Positions 60,201 to 64,000 of a stretch of DNA of 64,000 nucleotides are shown here, piece by piece (positions within the stretch are counted from its first letter, which is position 1; the number at the start of each line of letters is the position of its first letter). Position numbers and translations under genes: made by a program. The DNA lies in the NCBI RefSeq assembly GCF_016432865.1, contig NC_067398.1:48670001-48734000 (forward strand). The letters run 5' to 3'. This DNA is from Antechinus flavipes (taxonomy: Eukaryota). The notes beneath the pieces are model-generated. The model had not been told where the DNA came from and searched no databases. It saw only the letters and a list, made by a program, of their open reading frames with translations.

Positions 60201-60533
60201 ACCCAACTGGAAAACCAGATAAAACAGTAAAGATGAGTCCTCTCTATAACTCCTACCTTCTCCAACCTTTTACCCACCTTTCTCCTCCTCCCAGCCAAAT
60301 GACATTCCCTTCCTTCTGAAGTCTATTTCAGATTTATTTCAGGAAAATTTCCATGGTAAACCTCATCTTGTTTGAATTAGAACATAAATAAGGTACCAGA
60401 GGACAAGCTTACCATGTGCCTTCTTATAGTCATATATCTTAGGGAATTGATTTGGCAAGCTGAATAGGGACAAGCCTCACCTGGAAAGAGATTTTGGAGA
60501 AAGAAGGCTGAGAGACTTCATTGCATATTCCAT
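49381..60533 (-). CDS. CIDEC: Cell death-inducing DFFA-like effector C (FSP27), lipid-droplet fusion protein, 241 aa
   Basis: complement(join(49381-49558,54003-54190,55150-55305,60056-60206,60481-60533)) = 726 nt; MEYAMKSLSLLSPKSLS..., CIDE-N LVLEEDGT, CIDE-C TFDLYK...FIGCLNVKAT, FSMQATGHVLLGTS. Confidence 0.96.
49969..50740. repeat. Two inverted copies of one marsupial interspersed repeat (arms about 49969-50158 and 50532-50740)
   Basis: The reverse complement of 50532-50740 aligns to 49969-50158 by eye (shared catctgg.tccagtgg, gagatggctct, ggagacct, tttttcagctaa, gtgattaaggcta, ggtaagaaatgaga). Family not assigned. Confidence 0.8.
51236..51306. repeat. Compound (CA)n(GA)n(GACA)n microsatellite
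   Basis: Direct reading. Confidence 0.95.
51746..52131 (+). mobile_element. 5'-truncated L1 3'UTR fragment with 12-bp TSD
   Basis: ctcttcaacaatgagatg...agctacacccag...aaaaattacccctgcatatatcttgtaaataaaaag, A-rich tail; TSD ataaaagccaca at 51734-51745 and 52132-52143. Confidence 0.85.
53418..53674 (+). mobile_element. Full-length Mar1-type CORE-SINE
   Basis: gagcagctgggtgatacagtggata...gagttcaaatctggcctcag (A/B boxes), CORE, and RTE-like tail ...gttggacatgactgaaatgactgaac. Confidence 0.85.
54003..54190 (-). CDS. CIDEC: CIDEC exon
   Basis: attttag|GPGYQLSLSPKTFKRMDVASVTFDLYKARPDDFIGCLNVKATLYGNYTLSYDLQCSGAKRIM-AA|gtgag. Confidence 0.96.
54655..54809 (-). mobile_element. WSINE1-type SINE
   Basis: T-tail, ggcaattggggctagtggcttgctcagggtcatac...gatttgaactcaagtcctcctgact...ccactgtgccacttagttgccc. 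Confidence 0.8.
55150..55305 (-). CDS. CIDEC: CIDEC exon
   Basis: ttcctag|VQEALSMVETFSLVLEEDGTIIETEEYFQTLNEGTVFMVLEKGQKWQPTPNQ|gtaaa. Confidence 0.96.
60056..60206 (-). CDS. CIDEC: CIDEC exon
   Basis: ttttccag|(S)WVAINTSVVTQQLLAETSSANKARPYRVTNASRSIRKGIMADSLLDLSHK|gtgag. Confidence 0.95.
60481..60533 (-). CDS. CIDEC: CIDEC ATG exon (acceptor at 60558, 25 nt before the ATG)
   Basis: ctttatag|gtctcaaacagaacagctgaccagg ATG: MEYAMKSLSLLSPKSLS-AG|gtgag. Confidence 0.95.
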
Positions 60534-60936
60534 CCTGGTCAGCTGTTCTGTTTGAGACCTATAAAGAAAACAAGGACCATTCATTTCAGGTAAAACTTCT
60601 CTTCCTCACAACCTCTCCCCAGCAGAGGAAGCTCTGAGATTCATTTTTTAAATGGCACTACAGCAACAAAACTGTGAGAAGCAATCTACTACCATTGTTA
60701 CCCCTCTTCTATCCACCTCCCCTAGCCTGACATTCCTACTACTGGGCTCATTGCTTAGCTACTTTACTAGCAGCAGCTGATTCCAAGTCAGAAAATAAAA
60801 TTTCCTAATTTAGACATCTGGTCCTATAGTCCCACTCACCCACCCCAGGCCCTAAGCCTGTTCTTGGTTTAGTCCTCCCTCAATAGGGGTCTTTAGTTCT
60901 AGTCCATTTCTAACCATCGCTTCCCCAGACACTCAC

Positions 60937-60941
60937 TCCAT
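60937..60941 (-). CDS. CIDEC: CIDEC upstream exon coding part (ATG GA), beta-type isoform adding MESQTEQLTR
   Basis: cagacATGGA|gtgagt; 5 nt plus the 25 nt upstream of the main ATG = 30 nt in frame, no stop. Confidence 0.8.
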
Positions 60942-62394
60942 GTCTGCTGTCCCACTGCTATGTTCAAACTGCCAAGGAAACCTGGGATTGGAGCTAAAGA
61001 GACCCAAGATAACTGAACTCTGTTCCATGGAGCAGAGTCCACAGCCAACTAAGCGCTTACATAAGAGCTTGGGAATCCTTTATTGAAGTGAGGAATTTCC
61101 TAGATTTTTCACCTATCTGGCTAGCAGACACTACTATGTTCAAGAAGCTTACTGCAATCACATTTCTTTTGATTTTCTACTTAGTGAATCTATCTCCACC
61201 CCAAACTGTCCTCTAGCCAGTTCTAGGAAAGCATCCAGGACTTCTACTAATACCTATCAAACTTGAGTTCTGAACAGACACTAGATCAGCCTAGGAGCTT
61301 TACCCTTTTTCTAACTCTCCCCAACCCAGCATCACTCACACATCCTAGGAATTGTTTTCCACCTTAACAAGACATCCTTCAGACAACCACCTCCAACACC
61401 GAGGGCCTATTCATTCCCTTAACATCAACAAGAATCTCCCCAACTTTCCATCTTTACAACAGCTCCCACAAAAACATCTTCCTTCCAACCTTCCCCATTT
61501 AGAAGCAGTCTCTCTTATTCTCATGCCTCACTAAAAACCGTGTGTAGGGCATCACTTGCTTGTGTCATGACCCAGTAGCTGACTAGAAGCAGTTGTAGTT
61601 CAATTCCCTTTCTCCCCCTCTCTCCAATTTATTTCTGGTTCACAGTAGAGCCCTTTCTCCTGTGTTATCAACTCCAGTCAAAGGAAAGATATGTAAGGAT
61701 ATTGACTTGAGCTGTCCCTCATATCTTGTGATCTCTTCTTGTCCTTCCTCTGAAAAACAGATCTCCTTTGTGGAAGGAAAGCATGGCAAGTATGATGAGG
61801 TAGAGAGAAGGGAAGAGTTCAGGTCAAAATTGAGATCATAGCTTCTTGCTTTTTCCTCCAAAGATCTAAGAAGCTTGTTGGGCTTGTGCAGGAACTAACT
61901 CCAGGGCATCAGGTTAGCCATTCATTCAATAGTTATTTATTGTGCATCTGCTATAGTAACACCAAAGAGTTAGACAGACAGGGGATATTAAGATATATGT
62001 CTTGTGTACACAAATGGCAGCAGTAAAAGGAAATAGCTGATAAGTGCCATATGGCTGCTATTTAAAAAAAAAAAAAGCAGCCTCAACTCATACATTGCTT
62101 CTGTTTTCTCTAGCAAGAATGATTTGGATATTAGAAAGGATAGAACAGAATTCGCTAATAGAGAGTTCAAGCCTGTGATAGAGATAAGAGAATATTCAAG
62201 ATTCAAGATATCAGACTTAAATGAATTAGATCCCAGATGCAAAAATAAATAAATAAACCCTAAAAACCTTGTTTATATTATCTGAAAGATCCAATTTCTA
62301 AGCAGTAGTGACTGTGAGTTGGAGAGTAAAGGGTGGAGATAGTTTAAAAAATTAGAAAAAAACAAATGTTCCAGTTTTCAGTGAAGTCTTCAAA

Positions 62395-63110
62395 TCATAA
62401 ACCAGGGATTCTTAGCAAAATTCTAGGATGGATTACTAAAGGAATATGAATATAAGAAAGTTTAATTTTTCTTTCAATGTTTAAAAAAAGTCATATGGAA
62501 CTAACCTTATCTGACAGAGATATTTGACTATTAGATCAAAATGATGCTTCATTAAGAGTTTATTAGATTTTAGATCTCATTTGATAGTCTCTGATATGCT
62601 GTCCGTCAGACAAAATGGAGAGTTTTTTGAGGTAGACAACACAAAACAATTAGAAGAATTCAGGACTGGTTGGGTGACCTCATCCAAAGAGTAGTTATTA
62701 ATAATTTCATGTCAGTTGGAGGGAGTTTTCTAGTGAAATGTTCTTTGGATCTGTGCTGTTTTAATCTTTTTATCAATGACTGCGATGAAGTCATAGATGA
62801 TATACTTGTCAAATATACAGATGACTCAAAGGTGGGCGGGAAAGCTAACATGCTTCATGTTAGGATCTAAAAATATCTCAATAATCTAAAACACTGGTTC
62901 AATTTCCATAAGATGAAATTTAATAGGAAAAAATGTAAATATCTTCATATAAATTAAAAACTTAATTTCACAAATAAAAAATAAGAAAATTATGGATAGT
63001 ACTTGTGAAAAATATCTGAGATTTTTTAAAAAGTATAAAGAAAATAGGAAAGCTCCTGATCTGATAAGACAAATAAAAACCAGAAGCAATTGAAAACATT
63101 ATCTCAGAAT
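62395..63110 (+). mobile_element. CR1/L3 LINE reverse-transcriptase remnant
   Basis: WLGDLIQRVVINNFMS...CFNLFINDCDEVIDDILVKYTDDSKVGGKAN matches CR1 RT (QRVVING...LFNIFINDLD...KFADDTKLGG). Confidence 0.85.
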
Positions 63111-63139
63111 TTGATAAAATCATGAACATAGAATTTTTG

Positions 63140-63570
63140 CAAGTTTATTTTTAATACACATTGCTTTATGAATCATGTTGGGAGAGAAAAATCAGAGCAA
63201 AAGAGAAAAACAATGGGAGAGATTTAAAAACAGAAAAAAGAAGTGAACATAGCATGTGTTGATTTATATTCAGTCTCCTTAGATCTTTTTCTGGATGCAG
63301 ATGGCATGTTTCTATTGGGATTGCTGTTGAATCACTGAAACATTAAGAAGGACTAAGCCTTTTCATTTGATCATCACACATTCTTACTGTTATTGCATGT
63401 GATGTATTCCTGGTTCTGCTCATTTTGCTCAGCATCAATCAGTTCATGTAAATCTTTTTAGGTCTTTCTATAATCAGCTTGTTCATCATTTTTTTATAAA
63501 ACAGTAATATTCCATTTCCTTCATGTATTACAGCTTGCTCAGCCATTCCCTAACTGATGAGCATCTACTC
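63140..63570 (-). mobile_element. L1 3' end fragment (similar minus-strand fragments at about 6160-6590, 7490-7780, 45560-46010, 48200-48620, 59480-59640)
   Basis: Reverse complement of marsupial L1 3'UTR/ORF2 end (cagccattcccctaactgatgagcatctactc; catcacacattcttactgtt). Confidence 0.75.
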
Positions 63571-64000
63571 CTTTTCATGAACATAAATCATTAGGGAAAG
63601 GACTTCCTATTTGATATAAACTGCAGGGAAAACCGAAAAGCTATTTGGCAGGAATTAAATTTAAATCAGTAGATTACACTATATGTTACACTAAACTCTA
63701 AATAGATATTTGACCAAAATATAAAACAATTACAGTATAAAAAAGAAAGAAAGAAAGAAAAGGCATCTGTCATAATTCTGACTGGAGGAAGATTTTTTAA
63801 TGTGTTTTTTAAAAATAAATTTTGTTGATATATTTTTATTTTAATTCATTAAAATTTCTCCCAATATTCCTTCTCGTCTCTTTTATCATAGGATCATAAC
63901 CACATAACAAGAATATTTTTAAAAGAAAGAAGAGGAAAACCCCTAGCAACCGCCCCCCCCCCCAAAAAAGGAAAATTCTGAAAATATGTTCAATGTTTCA

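Noticed and set aside
60560-62300. PPAR response element and alpha first exon of CIDEC
   Set aside because: No clear DR1 found by eye, and candidate donors such as 61151 are unsupported.
1-64000. tRNA, rRNA, snoRNA or CRISPR features
   Set aside because: tRNA-like boxes occur only as SINE heads; no intact RNA gene or array recognised.

Overview
Marsupial genomic DNA, probably a dasyurid (WSINE1/Mar1 CORE-SINEs, marsupial L1 3' ends, an OC1-type hAT MITE). The gene order matches human 3p25.3 as I recall it: TADA3 (-, first coding exon only), a bidirectional CpG-island promoter, ARPC4 (+, complete, 168 aa), TTLL3 (+, 14-exon model, about 1205 aa), RPUSD3 (-, complete, 346 aa), about 10 kb of repeat-rich intergenic DNA with a 181-N gap, and CIDEC/FSP27 (-, complete, 241 aa, plus a candidate 10-aa-extended beta isoform). 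Exons were built by hand; all introns are GT-AG and the phases close. Homologies are recalled from memory, not searched. Most notable: (1) 12-15 copies of a Glu-rich octapeptide (ESVPEEAK) in the tail of the tubulin glycylase TTLL3; (2) AUU in an optimal Kozak context where the eutherian short TTLL3 form has its start Met, plus a strong-Kozak overlapping ORF in exon 1; (3) an L2-derived in-frame upstream AUG that could add 51 aa to TADA3; (4) a conserved FSP27-beta-type coding exon; (5) a cryptic exon phase-equivalent to TTLL3 exon 9. No clearly new multi-gene system is evident.
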